This document shows positions 37,971 through 51,151 of a stretch of DNA of 64,000 nucleotides, piece after piece (the first letter of the stretch is position 1; each line of letters starts with the position of its first letter). The position numbers were made by a program, and so were the translations under genes. The DNA comes from Podarcis melisellensis (lineage: Eukaryota), in the NCBI GenBank assembly GCA_964234715.1, contig OZ174279.1; one strand, given 5' to 3'. The notes under the pieces are model-generated. The model made no database searches. It worked only from the letters and a program-made list of their open reading frames with translations, and was not told the DNA's origin.

Positions 37971-39659
37971 TGTACCAATACAATGGTATAGCAGCCTTTT
38001 TTCCTGGACTGTACCACTTCGGATGGGAGGCAGAGGGGTACAGCGTGTGCTTATTTTATTACACACCCTCCGCACACAACGCACACGCATCACATCAGAA
38101 CAGGAAAACAAGGGTTATCGTATCTAGTTAGGCCATCGAAATGGTTTAGCATCCAGGATTGCTCTTTGCATTGGCGTTTATGTTATGGTCATAATCAGCC
38201 GCCTTGTGCCACCAGTCAGTGGAAAGGTGAGATATAAATTCAACAAATAATAAATCCCCAGGAGAGCATTTGCACATACAGAGGCTCCCGATCCACCAGC
38301 AATCTGAATTAATGTAGCCCAGGAACAAGAAGTAAGGTCTTAGTGAATTGTCTTATTCCAGGCTGCCAAGTGTGGAAACGGGTGCAAAAGAATGCTTGGG
38401 GAAATGCATACTGAGACGTCATTATGTTGCTCCACAGGCATGGGATAGATTTTTGTGTGTTGCTGTGATAGTGTGAGTTCATTCTGCAGCTTCTCCCCAC
38501 ACCATGGTCAGCATTTGGGAAATTGGGCCAATGCTGGCAAGGGGAGTTCAGTGCGAGTTCTTCCAGCCATGTTCTGGACTTCTTCCATTACAAGGCAGGA
38601 ATAAGTATTGATGCAGTAGTTAGCATACAGCTAGAACAGTATGATATTTAAACCTAACTAGTTCACATTCAAGCCAATTGTCCTGGAAGGTTTGGAGGAC
38701 TCACACCAGTGAGGAAACTAGATAAGAACTCAATTGTCTCCAAAACAACAAGAAGCTCCAGATTTCACCCAAACATAACTAAGTTCAGTGCCACCTAGTG
38801 AGTAGACCATATAGTGACACAATCCACACATTAATTAAAAATGTGTTAAGTGGGTGGGCTCCTGCTCTACCATTTAGCTTGTAGGTTTGTTGAAACACTA
38901 ATCCTTAGTAGCAATTGGGAGTGCACATGGATACCGTTCTGGCAATGCTTTCTGGTTGATGTAATGAGGGCAGAGAGAGACTTGTGGCTTGGGATAACAG
39001 GGTGTAATTTTGTGTATTCCCCTAAAATGGATGGGGACAGATGACAGTTCCCATACTGGCTGGGAGTGATGAGAGTTGGGAGTCTAACATAATCTGGAGG
39101 ACCACAGGTTGCTCCACCTCTGCCCCCCAATATTAGGGGTCTAGAACCTGCCTCACTGAAAGAGCATTCTGTTGTCCATTTGCTTTGAAATGTCCCTGTG
39201 TTCTACCTTTTCCCTTGGTAGTCATCATTGCTGCTATTGCCATTTATGGAGGGAGGATTTCTTGTTTCTAACTTGTTTTCCACATGAATGATATGCTTCA
39301 GTACTTGCTAATAGTCTAAAAAAAGAAAGGGATATTCAAATGTTGTCCTCGTCAAGTGAATGTTAATAGTGAAAAGCTAGGGAAGGTGGAGGACTGAGAA
39401 ATGAAGGTTTGCCAAAAAGGAGGCAAGCTCTATAGATGTTACAGCTATCAGTAATTGGTGTCACTTAACACAGTTTCTTTGTGAATGTAGATAAGGGGGA
39501 ACTACTTAACACCATTTCTGAAATTATGTTCAACGTGCAAGAAGAATTGACATGTCTGACTCATGGTCTACCCAAGGTGATGTCTCATTGCAACAGACGC
39601 AGTCAGTTGACTTTTGGGAGATTCTCTTTGACAGGAGATCTAGGACAGGAAAAAGTACT

Positions 39660-39970
39660 TTGTCATACATTGCATAGCTAATTTATGGAATTCACTGCCA
39701 TAAGATGTGCTGATGACCACCAACGTAGATAGCCAAACGTTTATCTCTAATCTCTTTTGACAGCTATCAATGGCACCTAGTTATGAAGGCTATATGCTGT
39801 TTCTAGGATCAGATGTAATAGGCCTCTGAATAAGAGTTGCTGGGGAACAACAGTGGGAGAGGCCTTTTGCCCTTTTTGTGGGCATCCTACAGGCTTCTAC
39901 TGTGGGAAACTGTGGCCACTGTGGGGAACAGGATAGGGCTTGGCTCGATCCAGCAGGGCTGTTCTTATAA
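39660..39970 (+). mobile_element. Old CR1-like LINE 3' fragment
   Basis: tggaattcactgcc (WNSLP-like ORF2 end) through gatccagcagggctgttcttat; reverse homolog of the 18204 and 47630 copies. Confidence 0.6.
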
Positions 39971-40151
39971 CTCTTCAGCTTTACTTTGTTGTCCTGGGAG
40001 CAGCTTACTGCTTAGGGTATTTTACAAATGTGCCAAGGCTGCAATCTTAACTACATTTACTTGGAAGTAAGCCCCACTGAAATCGGGGCTTGCTTCAAAG
40101 GCACTTTGAGTATAGGAAATATTCCCTTGCAGATGTTCTTAATGCATAGAG

Positions 40152-40353
40152 CAGGAGTTCCCAAACTGTGGTCTGCAGACGAGCTTCATTCAGGTGGTCT
40201 GCAGCATGTCTGTAAAAATACAGTTTAAACTTGTACAACAATATCTAGCACAATGCACTACAATTGCTATGATAGACAGGAAAAAATTAAGTGGTCCACC
40301 AAGACCTTCAACAATTTTCAAGCAGTCCATGGGAGAAAAGTTTTGAACCACTG
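40152..40353. mobile_element. hAT-Charlie MITE
   Basis: CAGGAGTTCCCAAAC...GTTTTGAACCACTG. Perfect 8-bp TSD gcatagag. Confidence 0.85.
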
Positions 40354-40546
40354 GCATAGAGAGTGAAATATGTATTTTTAATTCAGTTGCACATTTTAAC
40401 AAGGGATGAGCAGAACTACGTGGTTCTGCACAACCACAATTTAAGAGTAAATTTTGGATGCTGGTATGATTTCTGCAGTTCACCTATATTGAGGGGTGCT
40501 GTGTCTACTAGCCTCGTTGCCTTTCAGACTCTCCCTTAAGAGATTA

Positions 40547-40909
40547 AAGGTAAAGGTACCCCTGCCCGTACGGGCCAGTCGTGACCGACTCTAGGGTTGT
40601 GCGCCCATCTCACTTAAGAGGCCAGGAGCCGGTGTTGTCCGAAGACACTTCCGGGTCACGTGGCCAGCGTGACGAAGCTGCAACTGGCGAGCCAGCACCA
40701 GTGCCGCACACGGAAACGCCGTTTACCTTCCCGCTAGAAAGCGGTACCTATTTATCTACTTGCACTTAGGGGTGCTTTCAAACTGCTAGGTGGGCAGGAG
40801 CTGGGACCGAACAACGGGAGCTCACCCCGCCGCGGGGATTCGAACCACCGACCTTACAATCAGCAAGTCCTAGGCACTGAGGTTTTGCCCACAGCGCCAC
40901 CCGTGTCCC
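40547..40909 (-). mobile_element. Full-length Sauria SINE (subfamily B)
   Basis: Closely similar to 14512-14868. 12-bp TSD cttaagagatta at 40535-40546 and 40912-40923. Confidence 0.92.
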
Positions 40910-42285
40910 GTCTTAAGAGATTAGTGGTACACTTTAAAGACCCACAGTCCAGCCAAGGTAAGTACCAACCAACACTGGACTGAGGGGCATCCATCATGTG
41001 TGTCTGGCACAGATGCAGTAGCTCTTATTCCAAGGCATCTGATCAACAAAGGAATAGTATTTCTACCCTATGCTGGATTTGAAATGTTCATGACGAGGGA
41101 GGCAAACACCACCCTTTGCTTCCCTGTATTCCGGAATGAGCCTGGATAGTTTTAGTCAGTATCTTAAGATTATTCATGATTGGTCTGTAGTATTCTCTTC
41201 TGTTGTATTCTCAGTACTTTTCCTATCTTGGTCAGCTGAACTTTAGGGCCCGAGACAGAAGTCTTTGTCATTGTAATATAGTTTCTCTTGTTACACTTCT
41301 GATAGATTTGTATTTGACCAATAACTGGTGACACTTGATCAGTCAAACTTCAATCCTACTACCTGGTCAGTGACAAGAAGCAAACTATATGTGGCTGGAA
41401 CTCTCCATTATAATTTCAGTGATAGGCTATGGCTGTCATTTTTTACACACCCTCAGGGTAAGTGTAATTGGGACTTACTTCTGAGTACTATGCATAGAAC
41501 TGTGTTGCAAGACTATCTTAGCTACCCAAGCTTTTAATTAAAAGCAATATTTTTTTACTATAATATAAAGGGTTTTGTAAAATAGTATGCTGCATTTTGA
41601 TATTTGACATGTTTTTATTGTAATGTTGGTTGTAAATAGCCCTGAGGCCTTTTCGTAGTGGAAAAGTAGAGTAGGAATCTTACAAGCATATATTTAAATG
41701 GATTTGTATTAAAAGTTGCATCTTTTAAGCTGCTTCGCTGTTGGCCCTATGCCTTTTACGCTATTAAGCTAGATTACAGAGTTTGGTTAATGTATTGGTT
41801 CTTAAACTGTGGTCTGGGAAGTGTGAGTAGTTCCTTGTGCTTCTTTAGTTGTCCTTGAAAATACCAGAATAGAGTAAGATTTTGGAAGCTTTCTTTGAAA
41901 TGCCCTCTCTGCTGAAGAGGAAACTCTTTTAAATTAATATATATTTAAAGTTCAATTTCTGTTTTGAATATGCATCACCCACATTCTTTGGTAAGCATCT
42001 ATTCCTGCTCATCCTCTTGTCCCTCTGTTTTTCTAGTTGTATTCTTCTTTGGGGTGGGTGCATATCAATTTTTGCCTATGTTGCTCTCTAAGGCACCGTG
42101 TGTGCTAATAGCATAGTCAAAATAATAATGAATACCATTGTAGCTTAAGACAAGGTTGCTTTTTGAGTAGTGCAGGTACCTGAAGAGGAAGCTTCAGCAA
42201 AACTACCATTGTGTGCCTTGCTTGCCCCCCCAATTGCATGCAGAACTTCACTGCATTGTGTGACCAGAACTATAGTAGTTAAGTT

Positions 42286-42492
42286 ACAGATAGGTAGCCG
42301 TGTTGGTCTGCCATAGTCAAAACAAAAAAAATTCCTTCCAGTAGCACCTTAAAGACCAACTAAGTTAGTTCTTGGTATGAGCTTTCATGTGCATGCACAC
42401 AGAAGTGTGCATGCACACGAAAGCTCATACCAAGAACTAACTTAGTTGATCTTTAAGGTGCTACTGGAAGGATTTTTTTTTGTTTTGACTAT
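42286..42492. mobile_element. Penelope-like retroelement terminal fragment in inverted (fold-back) configuration
   Basis: acagataggtagccgtgttggtctg start. Arms 42313-42400 and 42405-42492 are inverted around AGAA. Flanking direct repeat actatagtagttaagtt at 42269-42285 and 42488-42504. Confidence 0.8.
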
Positions 42493-45400
42493 AGTAGTTA
42501 AGTTTCAGTTTGAAAGCTTTTCAGTTATCTCCCCATGACATAGCTAGATGGTAAGAAAATGTGGTGGTCTGTGAAGAACAAGCATATTCTGAATGGTGTT
42601 CTTCAGTACAGCAAAGGAACCACCGGCTAGCTTCTTTAGTGCTGAAATAAACAAGATGGATAATATAAAAATCTTGCACAGTCTGCAGCTTGAATGACAA
42701 ATGGCGGGGCAAATCATTGCTGTTCACTCTGTTGCTTGTAAGACCATGGCAGCTACCGCAGTGTCAGCAATGTTAAATAAATAAGTGTCCTGCTAAAGCA
42801 GGGAGGGAGATGACTGGCATAGATAGTGGATGACATCATCAGGTCCAAAAATGGGCCCCTTTCTGCCTCTCATCAGCCAGCATCTCCAGTGGTGAGGGAG
42901 CTGCTGCAGCACTTCTCCTTTATTCACCATGGTGTAAGGTGAGAAGTCCCATGTTGCAGATCTTCTTTTTCAAGGTCTGGCCCACTTTCAGAAGGACTGA
43001 CTATGACATGGGCAGGTTGTTGCAGGGTAAGCTTCTCACCTGTGGACCAGGACCAGACATTTACCTAAGCAGTAGAGGAAGGCTCGGTGATTCACTGGCT
43101 CCAGGTAACAGAAGAACCTACTCTGAAAACACTGTTGCTAAGCGTCATCTTGACTTCCATTCTTTTCTCACCCCCAAAGCCCTCCTAAACAGGCAGGGCA
43201 AATGACTGCAAGCCAGACTCCCAAGTGATAAAATACTAATGAGGAATGCAGTAAATCTGGCTGTAAAAGAGCAGTGATTTAGACAAAGGTTGTAAAATGG
43301 GGGGGGGGGGGAGAGACATTTGGAGAGCTATTGTCGATGCAGCTGCCCTTCAGGGTTACGGAATTTTACACTTTCCGGGACAGAATCTTACAAGGCAACA
43401 CAAGGATCCCTACTAATTGTAGATGACGTTATGCAGTAAGGCTGACATGCTGCTATCATAAATGGCAAATGCGGCTTGTGTTCAGCCTCCAATGCTTAAC
43501 TATGGTTATGTTCTAGAGCTGGAAGTAATATAATAATTAGCGCACTTCACCCTCCACCCAGCTGTCAGCTGGTGCTTGAGAAGCTTTGCAAAACAAAATG
43601 CACTCGGTACCCTCTGTGCCTACATAAACTAATGACAAATTAAAACACACTTTTACAAGGGATGGGAAGGGGAGCAATACCAAAGAGTAATCTGGCAGTG
43701 AATTCCTAAAAGCATGTGGGGAATGATTTATATCTGAAGGTATGTTCCATGTTAAGGTGCCTGTCAACTTAAAATGAAGTGGTGGGATTTCTGAAAGTGG
43801 GAGGTGTCTCAGCACAGCCATAAGGATAAGGGTTCAGGAGGGTTTGGAATATCTGCTTGATAACCAACAAAGCAGGCTGCTGTTCTCTATCTGCTGCCTT
43901 AAAGGCAGCCATCATAAGGAATTTGTGGTAAGTTTAATAGAAATACATTTGTCTTTACTAGTGCTTTCTATCTTCCACGAAGCCTTTCCCTATCTGATGA
44001 GGAATGCCAATGTGAAAGGTATAGGACCTCTTCTGCAGTGCAGAGGATACCAGAACCATGTTTTAGGGTGCACTGTCAGAAAGGCATTGGCCAAGCCAGT
44101 TGGCCTCACCATCAAATTGTACGTGCAGAAAGTTCCTTTTTAACAAGAGGCTTAAGAGAAACTGAGCACCGTGGTTGTCAAAGTATGGGCCACATTTGCA
44201 AGGGCAGCGTACGATAAGCAAACATGTAAGTTGTGTGAATTATATAGCCAAACAAAATGACTTTGAATGATTGTATACAAGTCAGGATAATACTTGGGTT
44301 TCTAAATAAAACACATGGCTTTTAAAAACAAGGTGGCTGGAAAAAATGTATAGATTCATGTTAAGTCTGGATTGAAGTGTTTAACAAGCACAGAATCTAA
44401 TAGTTCCAAATTCCATCTTGTGAAATTACTGGAACCAAGTTAAATAATGACTTACACCAGTGTTGGTTGTAAATATTTTTAATTAAGAAGGGAAGAGATG
44501 TAGCAGGGAGATGTAGCCAGTTGAGATGTCACGTACAGTGTATTGGATTTGGACTGAGGAGAGCCAGGTTCAAATCTTTGCTCAGCTGTTCACTAGGCAG
44601 CCTTAGGCACCAACAAGGTGTGGTGAGGGTAAAATTAGATAACTATTTATATACTCTCCTGGGTTCCTTGGAGGAACAGTGACATACAATTTTAAAGTAT
44701 AACTGTGGCTCCTCGAATGTCTCACTGTTAAAGAGATGTCCATTCACAATTTGTTTTTACGTTCTATGGGGAAACATTTGTAGAATTCTGGTGTAACACA
44801 ACTGCCAAATAAACAGCTCCTAGTCATGGAGACTGAACTGAAAAACATAATGCTAAAGGATCTCATAATCAGAGGGTAAGAAAGGCAACTCAAAAAGTTC
44901 AAATATCAAGAAGTTTTTCAAGCCGTGGTAAAAAAATATATGCTGGAAGTGAACGATTTTGAGTAATATGTAAAACAGCTGAACATGACTAACAAGTGCG
45001 GTTTGGCATCTGCTTCATTTAAAAAAAACACAATGCATATTATGGTTATTCACCAAACCTCTGCAGATTAGCAGCTGCCCTCTGGCACTTGTTACTGAAA
45101 ATGTATATGCAACTCTGCTCAACATGTTCCATCTCAGAGTTATAAAAACAATTAATCTTGGAGGAGTTCTGTATTTTAAAAGTAGCTGGGGGCATTATAG
45201 AGTACATGGAGCTCAAGTCCCTGCTGAGATTAATATTTCTACTAATGTACACGTCTTAACGTGAAGTGCCTGCTGAGAGGTAAAGCTGCAAAGTTATGCT
45301 GAACGTTAATCTTTCATATTGTGTTTTGTGTGAGATTGCATTATAGTAATTTTTTATGTTTAATGAGTATTGTCAGAATACTTTCAAAAATTGTATTATA

Positions 45401-45618
45401 GGTTTCTATCTCAGATTGCCCTGTATGAGGTCCTTTTCCAGAAACAGGTTTTCTGTCCTAAAAGCACAGCTTTAATACTAATTTGATCCACCTAGTGATA
45501 TATGGTGTATTCAAGAAAGTCATTATTTAGAAGAGTGAGCTAATATGTGAGAGAAGGTGTGTTGATAATTTGAAAGGACCCTGTGCAACTGGCAGCTGGT
45601 GACTGACTTGAGGAAATG

Positions 45619-45711
45619 AAACAAAAAAAATTCCTTCCAGTAGCACCTTAAAGACCAACTAAGTTAGTTCTTGGTATGAGCTTTCGTGTGCATGCACACT
45701 TCTTCAGATAC
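45619..45711 (-). mobile_element. Penelope-like terminal fragment carrying a minimal hammerhead ribozyme motif
   Basis: Near-identical to arm 42318-42400 but continues into ttcttcagatac, so the minus strand reads GTAT-CTGAAGA-AGTGTGCATGCACAC-GAAA-GCTC-ATAC. Confidence 0.8.
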
Positions 45712-47629
45712 ACAGAGGAAATGAGGAAATGAAGTAGACTTGTCAGCAAATGAATGCACTAGATAGAGCAGGGTATTGTAATTAGCATGATGGCCTACAG
45801 AGGTTGGACTCCCAACTCCCATCAGCCTCTGCAAGCATGGCCATGAGTCAGGAATGATGGGACTTGTTGTGACTATAAATTGGAAGCATCTGCGTGGAAC
45901 CAATGCAGACTGAAAGCAGCACAGCTTGCATTTGGCACCAAATTTAAACAATGCCCAATGGAAGTCAAGCTTACAAAGGAACAATCAAGAGTGCAGTTTT
46001 AAACTCTCAGTTGGTGCTTTCCAGCTGTGGCTTTTACCTTGCCCATGCCGGATGCCATACGACATCCAGATTGGGAGGCCCAGCAAGGCTAATGTTCTCT
46101 AACTTAACGTGCTTCTGGCAGTTGTATTCTAGACTGGTTTCTCCTTGCTGTGTAACATAGGTAAAGAGTGTGTGAAACCAGGATCTTGGATTTAGACCAG
46201 CTAGCTTAATTGATTTTAGAATGCAGGTCTTCATGGAAGCCTACTGCTTGCCGAGTTAAATAAACTATTAGTGATGTCGCTATTGCAGAATCTTGAGGGC
46301 CAAAGAAGATTTGATGTTAAATACATTGAACAAGTGTGTGTTTTCCTATGATAACATCCCTAGGGTCCCTAGTCACAATCGGAACTGCAGGAATTACTGG
46401 TTTAACTACACACACACTGTGATTTGATTGAAAAATCTCTTGCCTGCCCAAGATGCTGTTAGCCATGGAAGTAATGCTTTCCACTGCCACCAATGGTAGC
46501 TTTCCTCCTGAAGTTAATAGCAGCTTAAGGGGCATGTCAGAGGGGAGCATTGAACCCTGTCTCTGCATGACCCAGTCCTGCTTCCCCCCTGCTTGTGGCT
46601 GTTCTTAAAATATAAGCTACACATTAAATACACCAAAATACACTGGAAAAGTGTGTGAAAAGGGTACATCCCATGGATTCCAGGCATCATTCTTACACAT
46701 GGATGAATTGTTCATGCCGTTTAATAACAACATTAAGCTTTTCTATAACATCCCTCAAGTAATATTTTCCATAGGTCTGTATCTGGTCAGAGAGGGGGGT
46801 GTAGTTTGTTCACGAGTGTCCAGTGGCTGGGAATTTGATGTGTTGAATCTACATTGGAGGTTTGGGGGGTGGCAAGGAAAATGGTTTAAAAGGAAGGAAC
46901 TATAACATTATTGAAGCAGAATCTGTCTTAACAATTTGCAGCCCGGCAGTACCATATATGTTCTCAATCCCATCTCCCTACCTTGGGTACACTGGAAGTA
47001 TTTTTGTGGTGTAAATTGAAAAAGCGCTGTTGTGTTTTCTCAACTGTACTGAAGTGCCAAGTTGTTCAGTAAACCTCTGGCAACTTTGGAGAGGTTATTA
47101 GGGTGCTAATTTTAAACTCTGCAGGCTCTATTTGTGGTTGGCAACTCAGTGAATCATTCACACAGCTCATCTGCAGAACCACTGTCTAGGTCTCGGTGGG
47201 CAGTTCACATTCACATTTCTATTACAACTTCTGTTGTTGAAAATGCTACAGCAGAGGTGATGCTTTGGCCATAAGGAGTTATTTCCTTTCTGCTGGAAAG
47301 AAGAAAGGAATTAATTTGCTCATAGCTCAAATTTTACTCAAAAAGAATTCTTAAAAAATTTCATTCTAGCTATTCTTATCAGGATTATGGGGGAATATTT
47401 GAATCCATGAAACATTTCTGGAAAGTATATTTGCAAATAATTATTCATGCTGGAAGTCACTTATTATAGGGAAATGCATTTGATTCTTAGGTGTGAAATA
47501 GTCCTGATTTTCTTTCTTAGGACCCACCACTGTGTATGGCATTTGCAACACAAAATCCCATCCTTGTGACACAAAACCAGCACAAAACTTTGGCATAGGT
47601 TTTGAGGTTTGCAGATAACACAGATGATG

Positions 47630-47890
47630 ACATAAGAAGAACCCAGCTTGATATGGCCAAAGGCCAATCTAGTCTATTAGCCTTTTCTCATGGTTGCCAG
47701 TCAGATGCCTATGGGAAGCCCCTAAGCAGCACCTAAGTGCAGGATCACTCTCCCTGCTTGTGATTCCCAACAACTGGCATTCAGAGGCATTCTGTACAAC
47801 ATGGAGATTGATAGCCTCATCCTCCATGAATTTGTCTAATTCTCTTTTAAAGCCATCCAAGGTGATGACCATCACTTCAGCTTGTAGGAG
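47630..47890 (-). mobile_element. Old CR1-like LINE 3' fragment
   Basis: acataagaaga tail; the minus strand reads LDGFKRELDKFMED, typical of the CR1 ORF2 C-terminus. Confidence 0.7.
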
Positions 47891-48844
47891 CAAAATAGCC
47901 ATTACTTGTTTTCAGGGCAGTGCAGAGAGGGCTCCTTGCTTGTGTCAGACAGACCGACTCCAGTGTCAGATAAGAGGATTCTGAGCAGGAATTATACCTA
48001 ACCCAAGCACAAGTAGCAGCACTAACATGGTGACAAAACAAACACCACTGCTGTCGTTTTTTATCAAAAGTGTGTGCATGGGGAGATAGAAACTGAAGCC
48101 CTTGGTGATGAGAATTCAGCTGAAAGTGTTACACCATTTCCTCCAAAGAAAGCATCCAGTTTGGATTCAAATGTGGGTCAAGAAGACAGCTTTAATATGG
48201 GGAAGGGAGCAAAGAAGTGATAGGTATAGACCTAGAACAATTTTTAAATACTGTTTTTCATATTGTGAGTGGTTAGAAGCAGGCAAGGACCAGAACACAC
48301 TCTATTTTTGCAAGAATGATCCTACTCAGGATAAGTCATCTAAATCAGCTGCTGTGTCATCCTTTTAAAAAAACAGACTCTCAAGCATTATGAAACTAGA
48401 CAAACTCATCCTCCGTCTGTGAAAGCATAAGAAGATCCCACCAGTGCTCTTCTATGAAAGTATATAACAAAATTACCTGGTGATTCGTTAAGCAGAGAAC
48501 ATCTTTTCAATGTGGCTTATTTCTTCATTGTGAACCACTCAATGGCTTTGAAAGCATAATTGAAACAGGAGTCATGATAAAGAAAAATAAACAAGTACCA
48601 CTTTGCAGCGTTAGGCCACAATTTCCCAGTGAATCCCCTAGTGACCGTTTTGCAAGAGCACCTGAAACCTTGGAAAAACTGAATATCCAGTTTAGAAAAC
48701 CCGTTGGTTAGTTGGCATAAACAGATCATACGACCAATAGAATGGAATGTAGAGTTTGTCTTCTTAAGATCCAGGATACTGTATCAGTGCTGATCTCAGT
48801 TCATTGGTTTGATTATGAGGTTGAATCCAAAGTTGTGCTTAGGT

Positions 48845-49860
48845 GCCAAGGCAGGTTTCAACAATTTAAACAACTTAAAGTCACAAAAATAGGGTGGGTT
48901 CCAACAATATACATCTGAGGAGTCAAAGACCAGGGGAAAGAGGTGTGTCTTCAGCATTTGCAGAAAGCTTTATACTGGAGTTGTCAGATGCACCTCAGTG
49001 GAGAGGGAGGCATATGACCTAGTCCTAGACCAGTGTTTCCCAACCTTGTGCCTCCAGCTGTTTTTGGACTACAATTCCCATCATCCCTTGCCACTGGTCT
49101 TGCTAGTCAGGGATGATGGGAGTTGTAGTTCAAAAACAGCTGGAGGCACAAGGTTGGGAAACACTGTCCTAGACAATGCTTCTGAGGGGGCTTGAACTAC
49201 AAAGAGGCCTTCGTCTGCTGATCTTAACACCAGAGAGTGTTTGTAGGGAAGAACGTGGTCTTTCCTCCATTTGGGGCCTAAATTTAGGGCTTTAAACAAT
49301 GTGAGCATTTTGAATTTGGCCCAGAAACAAACTGGCAGCCAACACAGCTGTTTTAAAACAGGGCTTATGTGATACCTAAATCTGGCTCCTGCATTTTGGA
49401 CCAGTTGAAGTTTCTGAGTCTTCTTCAAGGAACGGCCACAGAGAGAGTGCATTACAGTAGTTCAATCTGAAAGATACCTGAGCATGGAGTACAGTAAGCA
49501 AGTCATTCCTCTCCGAAAGGAGCTGTAACTGGCGATCTGGTTGGAGTTCAAAAAAAGGACTCCTAGCCATCAAGATTACCTGAGCATCCATTGGCAGTGT
49601 TGAATTCAGGAGTATTTGCGATGCTGCACTCCAGGGGGAGTGCAGGCCTGGCCAGAATAGGCTGTCTCCCCACCTCCCGGACGTGAGAACTTGGGACACA
49701 CAACACTTCGGTCTTCTCAGGATTCCACTTCAGTTTATTGTCCCATATACAGTTTATCAACCACCTCTCCCGCTTCAGGTGGAACACAGAGACAGAGCTG
49801 AGCGTCATCTGCATATTGTTGGCATTTCATTCAAAATCTGATGACAACTCCCAGCAGCTT
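48845..49860 (-). mobile_element. Degraded L2 LINE, RT YADD region to 3' end
   Basis: YADD at 49804-49815 (minus), plus LKWNPEKTEVL, LQLVQNAGAR and HISPVLKQLCWLP. Interrupted by the hAT MITE at 49031-49166. Confidence 0.8.
49031..49166. mobile_element. Palindromic hAT (Charlie/URR1-like) MITE nested in L2
   Basis: Near-perfect ~58-bp arms CAGTGTTTCCCAACC.... Perfect 8-bp TSD tcctagac. Confidence 0.9.
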
Positions 49861-49869
49861 TCCCTAGAT

Positions 49870-50255
49870 GTAGCATGGGTGACACAAGACAGCTCTCGTC
49901 ATACAAAACCGTCTTCCGTGGCTACAATCTGGAAAGGTTCCTGGGCAACTTTGCAGGGCGCTTAAGGGACAAGATGGCTCAGATCTTTGGATAGTTTTGA
50001 GTGCCACAGTTAGAGCACGTCTAATCAAGGCATCCAGAGCCTTGTCTCTTCCATTTGTACTGGATCAGCTTGGATTATTGCAGCCTGAGGATCTGAGCAA
50101 GCTGCTTGAAGAAGTTCAACTAACCGCCTGCCCCCTTGAGCTTTGCCTGCCTTGGCTTCTTAAAGCTAACCATAGAGAGTTGGTTGGGTGGGTCTTAGGG
50201 AGTGATGAATGATTCCCTGGAAAAGGGGCAAGTACCATCTGGCCTTAAGGAGGGA
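49870..50255 (+). mobile_element. Degraded L2 ORF2 segment (pre-RT region), opposite orientation to its neighbour
   Basis: The plus strand gives LQPEDLSKLL...ACPLELCLPWLLK (TCxLDPxPxWLLK-like) and NDSLEKGQVPSGLKE. Confidence 0.65.
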
Positions 50256-51151
50256 ACATGACAACCCCCCAGAGGAGAAGACAAATACAGCACATAAAAC
50301 CTATAAAACGATTAAAAGAGGGTGAACCCTTGTCCTCAACATATCCTAAAGATGCAACCCAAAGAGGGGGGAAAGTACTTTGGTATCACCCCTTCAGGGC
50401 AGCCTGCACCAGTGCAAGGTGTGATGGTTTGGGGGCTGCCCTGAGCAGCTGCAGGCACTCAGGCAGGTGGTAGAAAGCCTCAACAAGGCCTTATCCTCCC
50501 CGAACAATAGCCTCTTGGAACCAGCTGCTTCTGTAGGGAGCCTGCTGGCAGACTCTGCGCCTCTCCCTAACTCTGCTAGCTGCCTCCTTTCCGCTCACAT
50601 CTCTAAGCTCATGAAACATCACAGGAGCTATTTCCTTGAATAGGCATTTTGATTCTCAAAATCCATTACAAATTGTTCATGCCCATCGGCTACTCAAAAA
50701 TAAATGGTTAATTTCGATGTACAAATCAGTCCTCGGCTGAAAGGCGCTTCTGAGTGTATATTAACTGTGAAGCCCAATGCAGAAAAAAATTATGAGCTTA
50801 TTCAGGTTCCGATTAGAATTGGCCAGTTGCCTTTGTGTATAGTCTTGTTTTCAAGTTCGTGTACCATTATGAATGAGCACTACTTTTCTATAATTCTAAA
50901 AAGGAGCAATTTCTCCTAGCAGTGATCTTCGCTGTTTAGCATTACATTTTCCTACAATCTGTGTGGTATCCTACTCAGAGGAGGCCCACTGAAATCAATG
51001 GTTTATGCACAACTAAAGTCTACAAGCCTACTTTAAGTAGAACTTAGTAGGATACCACCTTTTGTCTGTTAGGCTAAAAAATAGTTTTGTTGTTACTTGG
51101 TGCAAGCTTTATGTACCTGCTCTTCTGAAAAGGGCCACAACAAAAATGTTT

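Noticed and set aside
37071-38017. 211-aa antisense ORF and others over UBE2D1 exon 1
   Set aside because: GC-rich artefacts with no recognisable domains.
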